DNA of 45,947 bases, taken from positions 1 to 45,947 of the IMG/VR virus record IMGVR_UViG_3300032225_000623. One strand, given 5' to 3'. Of this stretch, positions 32,708 through 43,214 are shown in pieces. Both the position numbers and the translations under genes were made by a program. Each line of letters begins with the position of its first letter. The stretch's first letter is position 1. The notes beneath the pieces are model-generated. The model was given only the letters and a program-made list of their open reading frames with translations. It was not told the origin of the DNA and did not search any database. The stretch is from a virus (taxonomy: Duplodnaviria > Caudoviricetes).

Positions 32708-34912
32708 TTAGCTTCTCCGGCCATCTTCTCGTGCATCAAGACGCGGGAATCCCAACTGCCACTGAACGCCCAGAGTGTTTGAGCCAATTGTGAAGTTCAT
32801 CTGACGGCCCCGCGCACGGATAAACACTTGGTTTGTGTACTGATTAATTGTGGCGGTGGTGGCAGGTGTAGTGATGCCGCCTTGGACTTGTTGTCCAACA
32901 ATAACGGATTGAGAGGTGGTTTGCCCTTCTTCGTTTGTTGTGGAAATAGCAGCGCCGGGGAAGTTACGCACACCGACTGTTATATAAGCGGTGGGGTTAG
33001 TGGCGGTTGAATTAGTAAAGTTAACGTCAGGGATAATCCGACGCATCAGCATAAATTGATTGCCGTCACCAATATCAAAGTCAGCGGATGTGATGTATGA
33101 ATTAATGGCTGTGCTGGTGCCATTAGGACCGCCAGCATTAACACCGTAGTCGTGCTGATAAATCCAACCGTCTTGCGCGGCAACAGGGTTAATCACATAA
33201 CCAGCGTCAGTCCAATATGTTCTATTCAATTGACCAAAATACCAAATTTGTTCTTGGTAGTTATAGATTACATATCTATTAAGAGTGTTGGATGCGGCAT
33301 CAGCATATATCCACATCACTTCATTAAACTCTGCGTTGCCACCAGCAATAAATAACGGAGCCAGTTGATTGTTTATGCCGGGGTTTTGATAAATGTATTG
33401 CCGAAGAGTGCAGGGTAGCGTATCAACACGCCCGTTATATTGGTAAAACTTGTCAACGCCCATCCAATACACGACGTTGTTTACGGCAATAGATGCGCTA
33501 GGTCCGACAATACTTATGTTGGCATCCAGTTCTTGAAGACCAAAAACATCCGAGGTGCCGAGGAACTGTAGTGAGTTAATACTAAAGTCTGTGAAGATAA
33601 GTATTTCTTGGCGCGCTTTTTCTGCGGCCACAATCCCAGAGCCAGACGCTACGCGCAAGTCACCCGCAGTATTTGTTGCGGTGGGATACCAATCTTGTGG
33701 TTGTGGTCCGTTTACAGGGTCTACATTAGACCACCGAATAAGCAGTGGGTCATAAGCACCAGTCAAATCAGTACAGCCCAATGCCAATAAATGACCAGAC
33801 GGGGCAAACAAAATCTGTCCCACCCGTTGAGGAACGGATGTTGCTCCCAACGCTTGGTCTAAACGAATTGCATTGGTATTAAATGCACTTGCATACGGCC
33901 AGTAGAAAATGTTTGAACCGGCACTGTCGTATAAAGAAGTGCCAGTGGCATTTTGAATATTGAAATACAATGTATCCAAATACCGGTCTTGGAATATCAA
34001 TCTGGCGGGAAGGACTACTTGTTTCTGAGAGCCATTCCCCCAGCCAGTATTTGAGTATCCAGCCGATTGACCACCCCAACCACCAGCGCCCCAACCATAT
34101 CCAATTACTAAATTTTCATTGCCGGGGTGGATTTGAAATGCCGCGATAATTGCGGTGCCCCCACCAGTAGCAGCGGATGAGGCTGTGGTACCAATTGTTA
34201 TGGTAAAAGTATTTGTTGTTTTGGTTAATATTTGAAAGTTGGAATTAAAGTACGAAGCAGCAACTCCGCCAATCGTTCCAGTAACACCGCTGAAAGTAAC
34301 AAAATCTCCAGCCAATGCGCCGTGACCATTGATTGTTACAGTTACTGTTGAAGACGATGCGGCAGTCGTAAAGCAGTTATTTGTAGACCCGCCCAAATCT
34401 GTTAGTGTCAGCGAGGTGCTCGCCACCGTTTGTGATGGCGATACCGTATAGGTTCCAAGACGACCAGCTCCAGTAATATAGCCAGTAATAGTTGTTCCAG
34501 CAGTCACACCAGAACCGCTAACGGTTTGTCCAATAAGTATGGCACCTGATGTAAAGTTTGAAACAGTTAAAGTTGTGCCATTTATATCCCCGGCGGCAAC
34601 AATGGCATTGGAAGCACGAAGCGGTGTTACATCAAACAAGGTTGTGCCACCAGAGTTAATGGCGACGTATTGTTTTGTGTTTGTTGAAATTCCTAAAAGC
34701 GTCGAAGAGTCTTGGGTAGCATACGGAAAAATAGAACGGCACACGCCATTGTATTGATTAGTTGAAGAAACAACCCAACCGCCCATCTTCTCCGGAAACC
34801 CTGAGCGAAACCGAATCCATTGGCAGTCATACCAACCACCCTCGGAGGCGTAGTTAGTCTGGTCGCGGTTAATGCCCGGCTTGAATACCAGCTTGGATAG
34901 GGTTTGTGCCAT
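32708..34912 (-). CDS. Tail nozzle / DNA stabilization protein (beta-propeller; P22 gp10 / T7 gp12-like role)
   Basis: FKPGINRD...W...RFR.G.PEKMGGW start, IRWS repeats, YNY...W; length and position fit. Confidence 0.75.
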   Translation of the reverse strand: MAQTLSKLVFKPGINRDQTNYASEGGWYDCQWIRFRSGFPEKMGGWVVSSTNQYNGVCRSIFPYATQDSSTLLGISTNTKQYVAINSGGTTLFDVTPLRASNAIVAAGDINGTTLTVSNFTSGAILIGQTVSGSGVTAGTTITGYITGAGRLGTYTVSPSQTVASTSLTLTDLGGSTNNCFTTAASSSTVTVTINGHGALAGDFVTFSGVTGTIGGVAASYFNSNFQILTKTTNTFTITIGTTASSAATGGGTAIIAAFQIHPGNENLVIGYGWGAGGWGGQSAGYSNTGWGNGSQKQVVLPARLIFQDRYLDTLYFNIQNATGTSLYDSAGSNIFYWPYASAFNTNAIRLDQALGATSVPQRVGQILFAPSGHLLALGCTDLTGAYDPLLIRWSNVDPVNGPQPQDWYPTATNTAGDLRVASGSGIVAAEKARQEILIFTDFSINSLQFLGTSDVFGLQELDANISIVGPSASIAVNNVVYWMGVDKFYQYNGRVDTLPCTLRQYIYQNPGINNQLAPLFIAGGNAEFNEVMWIYADAASNTLNRYVIYNYQEQIWYFGQLNRTYWTDAGYVINPVAAQDGWIYQHDYGVNAGGPNGTSTAINSYITSADFDIGDGNQFMLMRRIIPDVNFTNSTATNPTAYITVGVRNFPGAAISTTNEEGQTTSQSVIVGQQVQGGITTPATTATINQYTNQVFIRARGRQMNFTIGSNTLGVQWQLGFPRLDAREDGRRS

Positions 34913-35331
34913 TACTTAACTTCCTTGCCAGCCCGTAGGTCGCTTAATGTTAAACCACCGGTATATTGAAAGTGCGCTAGTTCTTTAAACCTAGTCCACT
35001 CCCCCGCCCATTCCAAACCGGCCAGCTTGCCGTAGTTACCAATCTTTGCCCAAATAGGGTGAGTACCATCCCAGTCTGGTTTTCCATTCACCAGCGGTAC
35101 AACATCTACAGCACATCGGTAGTTGTGAAAAGACTGCCCGCCTTTGGCGTTAGTAACAATCTTCCCCGGCTCGGTTCTACCCTGAGCATACAACGCGTTT
35201 TGGCTTTCATTGTCCCGATACGTTGATGTAATAAGAAGCTCGATGCCATCACCCTTACAGAGCGCAACGAACTTCTTAACCTTCTCCTTAACTACAGGCA
35301 GCAGGTCATCAATGTTTCTGGATGCAATCAT
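34912..35331 (-). CDS. Endolysin, peptidase M15 family (L-Ala-D-Glu peptidase-like)
   Basis: TYR...[30 protein letters not shown]...LEWAGEW...ELAHFQ. Confidence 0.92.
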   Translation of the reverse strand: MIASRNIDDLLPVVKEKVKKFVALCKGDGIELLITSTYRDNESQNALYAQGRTEPGKIVTNAKGGQSFHNYRCAVDVVPLVNGKPDWDGTHPIWAKIGNYGKLAGLEWAGEWTRFKELAHFQYTGGLTLSDLRAGKEVK

Positions 35332-35696
35332 TTAGCTTTCCGTGAGTAGAACAATGTGCGGTCACCAAATAGATAGAACCCAATGGCGGCAGCGAAGTTA
35401 TCAACGGCGGGGTTAGAAATACTAGACATGGTCATATACGCCCAAGTACCAAGCACAAGAATTGCTACAGATGGACGCATTAAACGTACTACCGCTTCGA
35501 CCCACGGATAGGATGGGTTAGCACCACCAGCATCATTCATCGCCTTAAACATCTCAAGGTCGATTTCCTTCATCTTGGCATATTGCTCAATCGTTGCGGG
35601 TTTAAACTGGTCTGGCGCAATGAACTTACTAATCAGCGATTTGCCAAGGTCTACGGCAAGCGGGCCAAGCGCAGCAAGAATAGTTACTGGGTCCAT
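35328..35696 (-). CDS. Holin-like membrane protein
   Basis: MDPVTIL start; LMRP followed by two hydrophobic helices, GFYLFGDRT and a basic tail; overlaps the endolysin start. Confidence 0.7.
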   Translation of the reverse strand: MDPVTILAALGPLAVDLGKSLISKFIAPDQFKPATIEQYAKMKEIDLEMFKAMNDAGGANPSYPWVEAVVRLMRPSVAILVLGTWAYMTMSSISNPAVDNFAAAIGFYLFGDRTLFYSRKAK

Positions 35697-35703
35697 AGTT
35701 TTT

Positions 35704-36411
35704 TTACTCGTAAAGAATATTGATTGAGCCAAGGTCGAAGGTGTCAGTGCCATTGACGGTGGTTAAACGAACTCGGTCAAGAGTTCCAGAAAGAGTAATA
35801 TTTCCACCGCATATACACGGGGAAGCTGCGCTGTTAACGGTTCCTAAAACGGATGAATATACCCAAGAATTTCCTGTTTGATTACAAATTGTTGCTGTGC
35901 CGCTAAAAGTATTAGCCGCGAACATTGCGGGCATTAAAATAAAACCCGACGTTAAGTTGCTAACAGTTCCACCAGCTTGCCCGCCAGACGTATACCCCGT
36001 AGTAGTGATAGAACCTGCGCCAATTTGCGCCTGAAGTACGCTAGTGCCTGATGTAGACACGCCGCTAAACATTACAGTAATACGCTTAACCCACGACGGG
36101 ATGCCAGTGAAATCAATAGACGTTCCAGAAGTGGACGCTTGAGCAGTACCAGAGGTAATAACAGACGCGCCCATAACCGGGGTTCCGCTGATAGTTGGGC
36201 TAGTAATAGTCGGGCTTCCAGAAATAGTTCCGGTAATAGTTGGTCCAGTAATGGTTGGGCTAGTCAGCGTTTTGTTTGTAAGCGTTTGAGTGGCTGCTAT
36301 GCCCGTCAGAGTATCAGTAACCGCCGGGAGCGTAAGTGTATTAGTACCAGCAGTCGCCGGAACATCTAACGTAATGTCACCAGACGAAGAGCCTTTAAGT
36401 TTGATTGGCAT
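35704..36411 (-). CDS. Tail fibre/spike protein, paralog A
   Basis: T/S/G-rich; TQTLTNKTLTSPTI repeats; C-terminal domain shared with the next gene. Confidence 0.75.
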   Translation of the reverse strand: MPIKLKGSSSGDITLDVPATAGTNTLTLPAVTDTLTGIAATQTLTNKTLTSPTITGPTITGTISGSPTITSPTISGTPVMGASVITSGTAQASTSGTSIDFTGIPSWVKRITVMFSGVSTSGTSVLQAQIGAGSITTTGYTSGGQAGGTVSNLTSGFILMPAMFAANTFSGTATICNQTGNSWVYSSVLGTVNSAASPCICGGNITLSGTLDRVRLTTVNGTDTFDLGSINILYE

Positions 36412-36414
36412 GAT

Positions 36415-37209
36415 TTACTCGTAGAGGATGTTGATGGAGCCAGCGTCAAAGGTGTCAGTGCCGTTGACTGTGGTGATGCGGACTCGGTCTAGGGTGCCGG
36501 AAAGAGCGACGGCGCCGCCGCCAGTTCCTGTTTCACCGGGGATGGCTGTTATTCCTGTGCCGACCCAGACATTTGAGCCAAGAGCGCAAAGCGTAAGGAT
36601 TGCATTTCTAACATGGGCAGCACTTGAGTTTGCCCCTATGCAAATACCATTGCTTACACTGGATGCACCACTAGCTGTATTTGTGTATGTAGCCCCACCA
36701 GAGTAACCAGTTGTAGTAAATGTTGTTGAACCAATTTGCACAATGACGAGTGAAGTCCCACTTGTGCTCACCCCGTTGAACATCACAGTAATACGCTTAA
36801 CCCACGACGGGATGCTAAGAAAGTCAACGCCCACGACAGTAATTGTGCCGCTGACTGTACCAGTTGACGCAGGACTAATTGTGTAAGTACCAGCACCGCC
36901 CGTTCCGGTGCCAAGTGCTGTGATGGTTGTGCCAGCGGTAATGTTAGTGCCAGCAATTACTTGCCCAACTTGAATCGTTCCAGTAACTGAAGAAGCCGTA
37001 AGGGTCGTGGAAGCACCAGAGGTTGCGCCAGTGAATGAGGTGGTGGCTGTAGTAACTGTAGTACCAGAAACAATTGGGTACAAAGCACCTGTTGCTGTTG
37101 CTACTGCCTGAGTCGTGCCGTTAATCGTAAGTGCAGTCGTACCGTTCGTCTTGAGGACAAGGTTGGTGGTATCACCAGAATCTACGTTATATGTTTTTAC
37201 GGTACTCAT
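36415..37209 (-). CDS. Tail fibre/spike protein, paralog B
   Basis: Shares [20 protein letters not shown] and [27 protein letters not shown] with paralog A. Confidence 0.75.
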   Translation of the reverse strand: MSTVKTYNVDSGDTTNLVLKTNGTTALTINGTTQAVATATGALYPIVSGTTVTTATTSFTGATSGASTTLTASSVTGTIQVGQVIAGTNITAGTTITALGTGTGGAGTYTISPASTGTVSGTITVVGVDFLSIPSWVKRITVMFNGVSTSGTSLVIVQIGSTTFTTTGYSGGATYTNTASGASSVSNGICIGANSSAAHVRNAILTLCALGSNVWVGTGITAIPGETGTGGGAVALSGTLDRVRITTVNGTDTFDAGSINILYE

Positions 37210-37211
37210 GA

Positions 37212-37415
37212 TTACCAACCAGCCATATCAACATACTTCTGACCGTCAGCATTGCAATCAGCAAGGAACTCGTCTTTTTGCTCAACGCTGTAGTTACGGC
37301 ACTTGACACGCTTGAGTTCGGTAACAACATCGTTGTCACCTTTGACTTCTTCAAGCCATGTGGCTTCTAAAGTGTTTGATTTAATGTCGTGACAGACTGC
37401 GGCTAAGTAAATCAT
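37212..37415 (-). CDS. Small acidic protein, possible fibre chaperone
   Basis: 67 aa between fibre genes; GGAG SD; ATGA overlap. Confidence 0.6.
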   Translation of the reverse strand: MIYLAAVCHDIKSNTLEATWLEEVKGDNDVVTELKRVKCRNYSVEQKDEFLADCNADGQKYVDMAGW

Positions 37416-37936
37416 GATGTTGCTCCCTTGATAATGGCAAAGTTGATGGCAACGGCTTCTGATAGAGACCCGCCAGTTGTGTTTGTAACCCTAATCTGGC
37501 AAGCACCATTTACTGCGTTTACGATTTGTGCCGTATGAGTTCCCGTTCCTCCACCCACAGACACAACCACACAATCAACGGATGTAATTAAAATATTATT
37601 CAAATTAAAAACCACCGCTGCACCCGCAGCCAACGCCGCCGCATTCATCGTAATTTGACCAGTAGGCTTATTGAGCGTGACGGCAGTGGATTTGCTAGTG
37701 GCCTGAGTAACAGTACCGCCAGCACCTGTGCCGTAGCCAAGACCAGCAACATTAGTCACAAGGACGTTACCGCTGGAGTCGATACGCATCCGTTCGGCGC
37801 CGTTAGTAGCAATTGCTGCCGTATCTGCGGCGGGGAAAAACACCCCAGTGTTGTTATCTGAACCTTGAACGGCCGGGGTTCCAGCAGAACCGTCTACCCC
37901 AGAAATGCCACTTGTACCATTGATTACGACTGACAT
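37412..37936 (-). CDS. Tail fibre-like protein
   Basis: TNGAERMRIDSSGNV fibre motif; AAGGAG SD. Confidence 0.75.
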   Translation of the reverse strand: MSVVINGTSGISGVDGSAGTPAVQGSDNNTGVFFPAADTAAIATNGAERMRIDSSGNVLVTNVAGLGYGTGAGGTVTQATSKSTAVTLNKPTGQITMNAAALAAGAAVVFNLNNILITSVDCVVVSVGGGTGTHTAQIVNAVNGACQIRVTNTTGGSLSEAVAINFAIIKGATS

Positions 37937-37945
37937 ATATTCTCC

Positions 37946-38947
37946 TTAAACCACAGTCCAGACGCTGCCAGACGGCACCGTAACCGTTACGCCAGAATTG
38001 ACTGTTACAGGGCCAAAAGTACCGGCGTTATTAGTAGATGGAACCGTATAGTTGGAGGTTACGGTTTGCCCATTTAAAATAAAAATCTGGTCGGAACCGC
38101 CTCCGGTAGCCCCGCCTCCAATAGAACCCCAAGCGTTTGTGGTGTAGCCCTCAAACCTATTAAGCGTGGTGTTATACCGAATAAGCCCAGTGGCACCGCT
38201 AGGACGTTGTGCAGTAGTACCAATAGGAACTTGAACTGCATCGGTGGTAGAAACCGATAATCCAACCGCTTGCGCGGTGATGGTGCTAATGGTAGTTGAT
38301 GCTACTGTTTGAGAAGCACTTACCGTATAAGTGCCTGTGGTACCCGTGCCGGTACCCAATGCAACAATAGTAGTCCCACCCGTTACCCCATCCCCAACAA
38401 TTGGCTGACCAACTTTAATAGTGCCTGAGCTAACGGCAGTAACGGTCATGGTTGTACCTGAAATTGATGCGGTAAACACTGCACCATAAACAGAAGTATC
38501 GCCGTAGGTTGCGCCAATTTGCAGGGTTGGCGCTGCATCAAAAGCCGCAACAACGTTTGTGTTGTTGGCGTAAACCATAACCTTCTTGCCATTAGGCACT
38601 GTAACTCCAGTACCTGCTAATGTCTTTACAACAATGCTTTGGCTTCCGGTTGTATTGTTTTCAATGATGTACGGTTTGTTGATTGTTGGAACAATCAGGT
38701 TTCTTGTAGCCGTAAGGCTTACAGATGACGTTACGTTTAAAATGTAGTTACGGGCAACTTGTGTTGCATTACTTTCAGTAAGCGAAAGTGTTAAATCAGC
38801 ATCTGACGTAAAAGTTGCGGTGGCGCGACCAGCAATAGACTCTTGAATTGCGGTGCCGATGTTTGTATTGGTTGTATCACCCCAAGTACCAGCCTGTTCG
38901 CCTGTAGTAATCAGTTCAAATTTTAGTGTTGAGTACGTACTTGCCAT
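37946..38947 (-). CDS. Tail fibre base/adaptor protein
   Basis: [23 protein letters not shown] start; GTTAQRP...G.IRYNTT...FEGY motif. Confidence 0.75.
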   Translation of the reverse strand: MASTYSTLKFELITTGEQAGTWGDTTNTNIGTAIQESIAGRATATFTSDADLTLSLTESNATQVARNYILNVTSSVSLTATRNLIVPTINKPYIIENNTTGSQSIVVKTLAGTGVTVPNGKKVMVYANNTNVVAAFDAAPTLQIGATYGDTSVYGAVFTASISGTTMTVTAVSSGTIKVGQPIVGDGVTGGTTIVALGTGTGTTGTYTVSASQTVASTTISTITAQAVGLSVSTTDAVQVPIGTTAQRPSGATGLIRYNTTLNRFEGYTTNAWGSIGGGATGGGSDQIFILNGQTVTSNYTVPSTNNAGTFGPVTVNSGVTVTVPSGSVWTVV

Positions 38948-38996
38948 TTTCGTTTCCTCTGGGAATGCTTTAGTTTAAATGGTTGACAGCGCAACC

Positions 38997-41963
38997 TCAA
39001 GTTGGGTTTGTCGGGATGACAGACCAAGTCGTTGATTCATTGTTGTTGATTATCGTCCAGCCTGACGTTTCTGAGTTGTTTATTAAATTCCAAACTGTGC
39101 CTTGGGAATCATCAATTACTTCCCATAGGAACCGTGCCGTTACAACCGCGCCAGCGGTAGCAGTTTCTGTGATGAATACAGTAGTAATAAACGTGGCATT
39201 GGGTAAGTCAGCAGGGTCGATAGATTCTTGAACATCCACCAAAAAGTCAATCAGGCTGGTCTCTGTGTCGGTAAGGCTAACGGTTTCAGTAATATCACCA
39301 ACAGAAACATTTAATGCAACCTCAGATTCTGTGGCCGTAATAGATTCTGTAAGCGCTTTAAAAACACTAACAGCCGCAGATACAGCATCGGTTACCGTGG
39401 CGGTTTCTGTAAGCGCCCTTCCAAAAACACACAAACCTACAACAGAATCGGTAACGGAGATTGTTTCAGTAATACTTACGCCTGTACTAAATACTGCACT
39501 TACAGAATCAACTGCGGTAATTGATTCAAGGATGTTACCAACAAGTGTCTGAGTGGCGGACTGGCTGTCCGTTGCAGTTGCTGTCTCTGTGAGGCTTACA
39601 GGCTTTTGTGCGCTCGCATCTTCTGTTTCAGTAGCGGTTGCCGTTTCTGTAATTGCACTTACGGCGTCTAACTGTGCAGATTCAGTTTCAGCAGCCGTTG
39701 CAGTTTCGTTTACATTTCCTACTGCGGACTGAACAGATGTTTCGCTATCGTCTGGGTTAACAGATTCTGAAAGTTCTCCAGATTTACCTTTGAATGCTTC
39801 TTCCGTTTCAGTGGCGGTTGCCGTTTCAGTAAGTGCCACTGACGTTGAGAAAATAGCAGACTCTGTTTCGGTTGCTGTAGCTGTTTCTGATATTTGGTCA
39901 TTTGTAGATATAACTACATCTTCCGTTTCTGTTGCTGTAATGGTTTCTGTTGTTAAACCAAGTACGCTTAAAAATGCTTGAACACTTTCTGTAACAGTGG
40001 AAGTTTCACTAATAGAAACGCTATAAGTTGTTCCGAAGGTAACAACAATTATGATTACGCCCTGAGAGCCGTTTGAACCACGTATTTGGCCACCAAAACC
40101 ACCACCACCACCACCGCCACCTGCGCCATACAAACCACCAGTATTGGTTCTGATTGAACCGTCCCCGCCACCACCGCCACCACCACCGCCAATACCAAAC
40201 ACATCAATACCATTACCACCAACATCACTATTGTTTGCAGAGCCACCACCACCGCCGCCGACTGCACCAGATGTATCTGATGCGCCACCACCAACACCAG
40301 ATGAGTTATTGCCACCCGTGCCGCCTGTACCTCCGCTTGCATTTGCACCAGCGGTTCCACCACCATTGCCGCCACCACCTCCACCAGCCGGAGTCGCCGC
40401 AAAAGAACCTACACCGCCATTCCCTCCGGCCCCATTAGGACCACCAGCGCCAGCGCCACCACCACCAGCAGCCGTCGAAATCGAACTATTGCCTGTAGCA
40501 CCAGCACCACCAGTACCCCCACTAAATCCACTACCTCCAGTAAAACTGCCACCCGTACCGCCAGTTGATGTTGGAGTAGTAGTTGCTTGACCCCCGCCAC
40601 CGCCGCCTGCTGTAGCAGCACCAGAGTTCCAAGAGGTTGTACCACCAGCAGTTCCATCATTACCACCGGTTGCACCGCCCGCACCAGCACTTCCGCATTG
40701 ATATGTAATTGAGCCTGAAAGTGATTGGTTTGTTAGTTTTGTATATCCAGCACCGCCGCCGCCACCACCGCCAGCTTTCAAGTTTCCACTTGCTCGTCCG
40801 CTTGCACCACCACCACCACCACCAATCAAATGAACGGTTGACGAATAACCAACAAATTCTGCCGGTACAGAATAAGAAGTGCTAGAAGTAGAAGTAAGAA
40901 CCACAACGGCATTAAGCGCACGTTGAGTTGTGAGCATTGCATATCCGCTATTAGGAGCGGTTGCATTAATTACTGAGTTTGAGCCGATGTACCAAGTATC
41001 AGAAATTGGACTGCCAATGGCATCACGGACATTAAGATAATTAATGCCAGTCAGGTATCCGCCACCCGCTAGGGCAAGTGTGTAAGAAGAACCAGCCGTA
41101 CTACTATTAAGCGTTACTACGTTTCCTGATGTTCCGGTAATTGACCAAGTTGTGACGGTGGTTGTCGTGCCAGCAGTAAAGGTAATTGTGTACGCTACGG
41201 TCTTGGTGCTAGCAAGTTCGCTGAATGTATTTGAGCCAGATATTGTTAGAGTGTATATGCCAGTAGTGCCGCCAAGAGTCAGTTTGTTGTATGTAAGCCC
41301 ACCACCAGAAAATGTTTTGGAACTTATACCACCAGCAGTAAAAATAATGTTTGCAGAACCTTTGTTAAAGGTCAGGTTGGTCGTCGTTGCAATATTCCAA
41401 GTGGAACCAGCACTTGCTAAACTCCAAGTACCAGAACCCATAGATAAGGTTCTTGTATTATTATTACTTGAGGCAAAACTACTAACAGTGACGTTGTATG
41501 TTGATGCGTCAAATGACCCATTGGTAAGTGTTAAAGTTAGCGTTCCGCTGCCAGATGTCATTAGCAGATTGCTTCCTAAGGTCCATCCGCCACCAACACC
41601 ATTTAGAGTAATACCACCAGAAATATTTATTCCGCTTGTATTAATTGTTTTGCCAGTTGTTGTGGCATTAAATGTTATTGTTCCGCTGGCGCTCCAAACA
41701 GTAGCGGCAACCAAAGACATGGAGCCACTAACCGCAAGTGTTCCAGTACTAGAAAAAGTAACCGTACCCGCTGATACCGTAATATCAAGGCAAGTCAAAG
41801 CCCCCGTCAATGTGACGGTATAAGTACCGGCTTGGTCAAAGAAAACAGAATCAGATGCGGTTGGTACAGACGCACCACTAGAGCCACCAGAAGAGGTAGA
41901 CCAGTTAGTTGTGGAAGATGTGTTCCACGTTCCAGTGCCACCAACCCAATAGCGGTTAGCCAA
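38997..41963 (-). CDS. 988-aa Gly-rich fibre/adhesin-like virion protein with C-terminal T/E-rich repeats
   Basis: TTG start with GGAG SD; RYWVGGTGTW start, beta-helix-like region, poly-Gly domain and roughly 21-aa (I/L)TETATATE repeats. Confidence 0.75.
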   Translation of the reverse strand: MANRYWVGGTGTWNTSSTTNWSTSSGGSSGASVPTASDSVFFDQAGTYTVTLTGALTCLDITVSAGTVTFSSTGTLAVSGSMSLVAATVWSASGTITFNATTTGKTINTSGINISGGITLNGVGGGWTLGSNLLMTSGSGTLTLTLTNGSFDASTYNVTVSSFASSNNNTRTLSMGSGTWSLASAGSTWNIATTTNLTFNKGSANIIFTAGGISSKTFSGGGLTYNKLTLGGTTGIYTLTISGSNTFSELASTKTVAYTITFTAGTTTTVTTWSITGTSGNVVTLNSSTAGSSYTLALAGGGYLTGINYLNVRDAIGSPISDTWYIGSNSVINATAPNSGYAMLTTQRALNAVVVLTSTSSTSYSVPAEFVGYSSTVHLIGGGGGGASGRASGNLKAGGGGGGGAGYTKLTNQSLSGSITYQCGSAGAGGATGGNDGTAGGTTSWNSGAATAGGGGGGQATTTPTSTGGTGGSFTGGSGFSGGTGGAGATGNSSISTAAGGGGAGAGGPNGAGGNGGVGSFAATPAGGGGGGNGGGTAGANASGGTGGTGGNNSSGVGGGASDTSGAVGGGGGGSANNSDVGGNGIDVFGIGGGGGGGGGDGSIRTNTGGLYGAGGGGGGGGFGGQIRGSNGSQGVIIIVVTFGTTYSVSISETSTVTESVQAFLSVLGLTTETITATETEDVVISTNDQISETATATETESAIFSTSVALTETATATETEEAFKGKSGELSESVNPDDSETSVQSAVGNVNETATAAETESAQLDAVSAITETATATETEDASAQKPVSLTETATATDSQSATQTLVGNILESITAVDSVSAVFSTGVSITETISVTDSVVGLCVFGRALTETATVTDAVSAAVSVFKALTESITATESEVALNVSVGDITETVSLTDTETSLIDFLVDVQESIDPADLPNATFITTVFITETATAGAVVTARFLWEVIDDSQGTVWNLINNSETSGWTIINNNESTTWSVIPTNPT
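39160..40010 (-). repeat. Degenerate intragenic repeats of about 21 aa (63 bp), (I/L)(S/T)E(T/S)xTxT(E/D)
   Basis: ETATATETE / ESITAVDS units recur more than 10 times; boundaries approximate. Confidence 0.75.
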
Positions 41964-41977
41964 TGTTTACTCCAATT

Positions 41978-42000
41978 AAAAAGCCGGTGTTACCCGGCTT
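41978..42000 (-). terminator. Intrinsic terminator
   Basis: Minus strand AAGCCGG-GTAACA-CCGGCTT-TTT, just after the 58-aa gene. Confidence 0.7.
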
Positions 42001-42005
42001 CCTGA

Positions 42006-42182
42006 TTAAGCCTCAAGGTCAGCTTCGCTGAAGTACCGTTCTTGGTCTTCGCCAAACTTGTCTTTGTATGCAACCTTGTATTGGACATCAAGCGTAACGT
42101 CATCCAGCGCAGCGCCGGTAACAGTGCCTGCCATCATCGAGAACTTAATCTTGACGCTATCATTAGGTTTAAATGCAGCCAT
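42006..42182 (-). CDS. 58-aa SH3-like small protein
   Basis: Absent from the ORF track. AAGGAG SD; MAAFKPNDSVKIK...GTV...YKVAY...RYFSEADLEA. Confidence 0.75.
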   Translation of the reverse strand: MAAFKPNDSVKIKFSMMAGTVTGAALDDVTLDVQYKVAYKDKFGEDQERYFSEADLEA

Positions 42183-42192
42183 GATTATCTCC

Positions 42193-42783
42193 TTAGCACT
42201 GAGCCGTGTAGGTGACGTTCAGCGTGTCACCATTGATGACCGAACGGTTGCCGCCCGTGAACGAACCAGCCGAATACAAAATACCCGTGTTACCCGGCGA
42301 TTTGGCGGCAGTATTAGTTAATAAAGCGCCAGCAATGGTAGCCGTAGCATTGATACTAAATGCGGTGGCAGTCGTAGCCTTGGAACCCGTACCAGCAGAA
42401 CCAGCACCACCACCCGTACCCGTAGCAGAGTTCCACGTTGGGGTCGGACGGTTGGTACCGCTGTAGGAAGTATTTTCAGTCCAGCCAGCGTGAGACGCCA
42501 TAGTGTCAGCAGCGTTATAAGTCGGGGTCGAACCGCCATCAACCAGACCAAGATACCAAGCAGCGGTATAGGTGCTGCCCGAAAAATACTTGTCCAGCAA
42601 GTCAATCTTGCCGACGTTGACCACGAGGTTCTCAATGGTGTCAGTCCAACGCACCGTGCCATCAGCGGCAATACATTCAACGGTGTACGAACCAACCATC
42701 GAGACGGTTTCTTGAGTGTCACCACTCTTTGCAATGCTAGCCCCAGCCTTATCGGTGGGAGCAATTTTTTCGCTGTTAAGCAT
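42193..42783 (-). CDS. Virion structural protein
   Basis: AAGGAG SD; W.D.IENLVVN.G...WYLGL...GDTLNVTY. Confidence 0.75.
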   Translation of the reverse strand: MLNSEKIAPTDKAGASIAKSGDTQETVSMVGSYTVECIAADGTVRWTDTIENLVVNVGKIDLLDKYFSGSTYTAAWYLGLVDGGSTPTYNAADTMASHAGWTENTSYSGTNRPTPTWNSATGTGGGAGSAGTGSKATTATAFSINATATIAGALLTNTAAKSPGNTGILYSAGSFTGGNRSVINGDTLNVTYTAQC

Positions 42784-42794
42784 TATTAACTCCT

Positions 42795-43214
42795 TTAGGA
42801 AATTCGGACTAAGGCCGATGTGTTTGTTGCTACAGGGAATTGAACTTGGAATTGGGTAGTAGACGTTTTATCCGACCCAAAATCAAGAACAAACAAAGCG
42901 ATGTTACTACTACCTTGATAAATCAATGCGCCACGTGCAGTAATAACACCAGTCCAAGTAGCGTCAGAAAAATCCAAGTATGAAACGCCATCCAAGAAAC
43001 CTACAGATGGAGTAATAGTCTGTCCACCTGCGGTGTATCCCGTCGCTACAACTTCATTGCTGGTCGTGTATGCAGAGGTCTGCGCGTTTAAAGTAGCGTT
43101 TGCCGTATACAAAGCAATCTTGAAAGTCTGTGTAGTCGGTGCGGCAAAATCAAAAGTACCGGCCAGTAAGCCAGATTTAAACGTGTCGCAAGTGTAGTTG
43201 CCGGTAAAAGCCAT
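42795..43214 (-). CDS. Virion structural protein
   Basis: FK..LL.G..DF...TFKIALYT...NEV...GYTAGG...LDFG.DKT. Confidence 0.75.
   Translation of the reverse strand: MAFTGNYTCDTFKSGLLAGTFDFAAPTTQTFKIALYTANATLNAQTSAYTTSNEVVATGYTAGGQTITPSVGFLDGVSYLDFSDATWTGVITARGALIYQGSSNIALFVLDFGSDKTSTTQFQVQFPVATNTSALVRIS

Noticed and set aside
35704-37209. Diversity-generating retroelement TR/VR pair
   Set aside because: No reverse transcriptase in the window; both copies are full genes and differences are not confined to adenines.
40055-41823. Alternative-frame and antisense ORFs (poly-Pro 148 aa, His-rich 94 aa, 223 aa)
   Set aside because: Shadows of the Gly/Thr-rich codons of the 988-aa gene; the same applies to antisense ORFs within 19056-27713.
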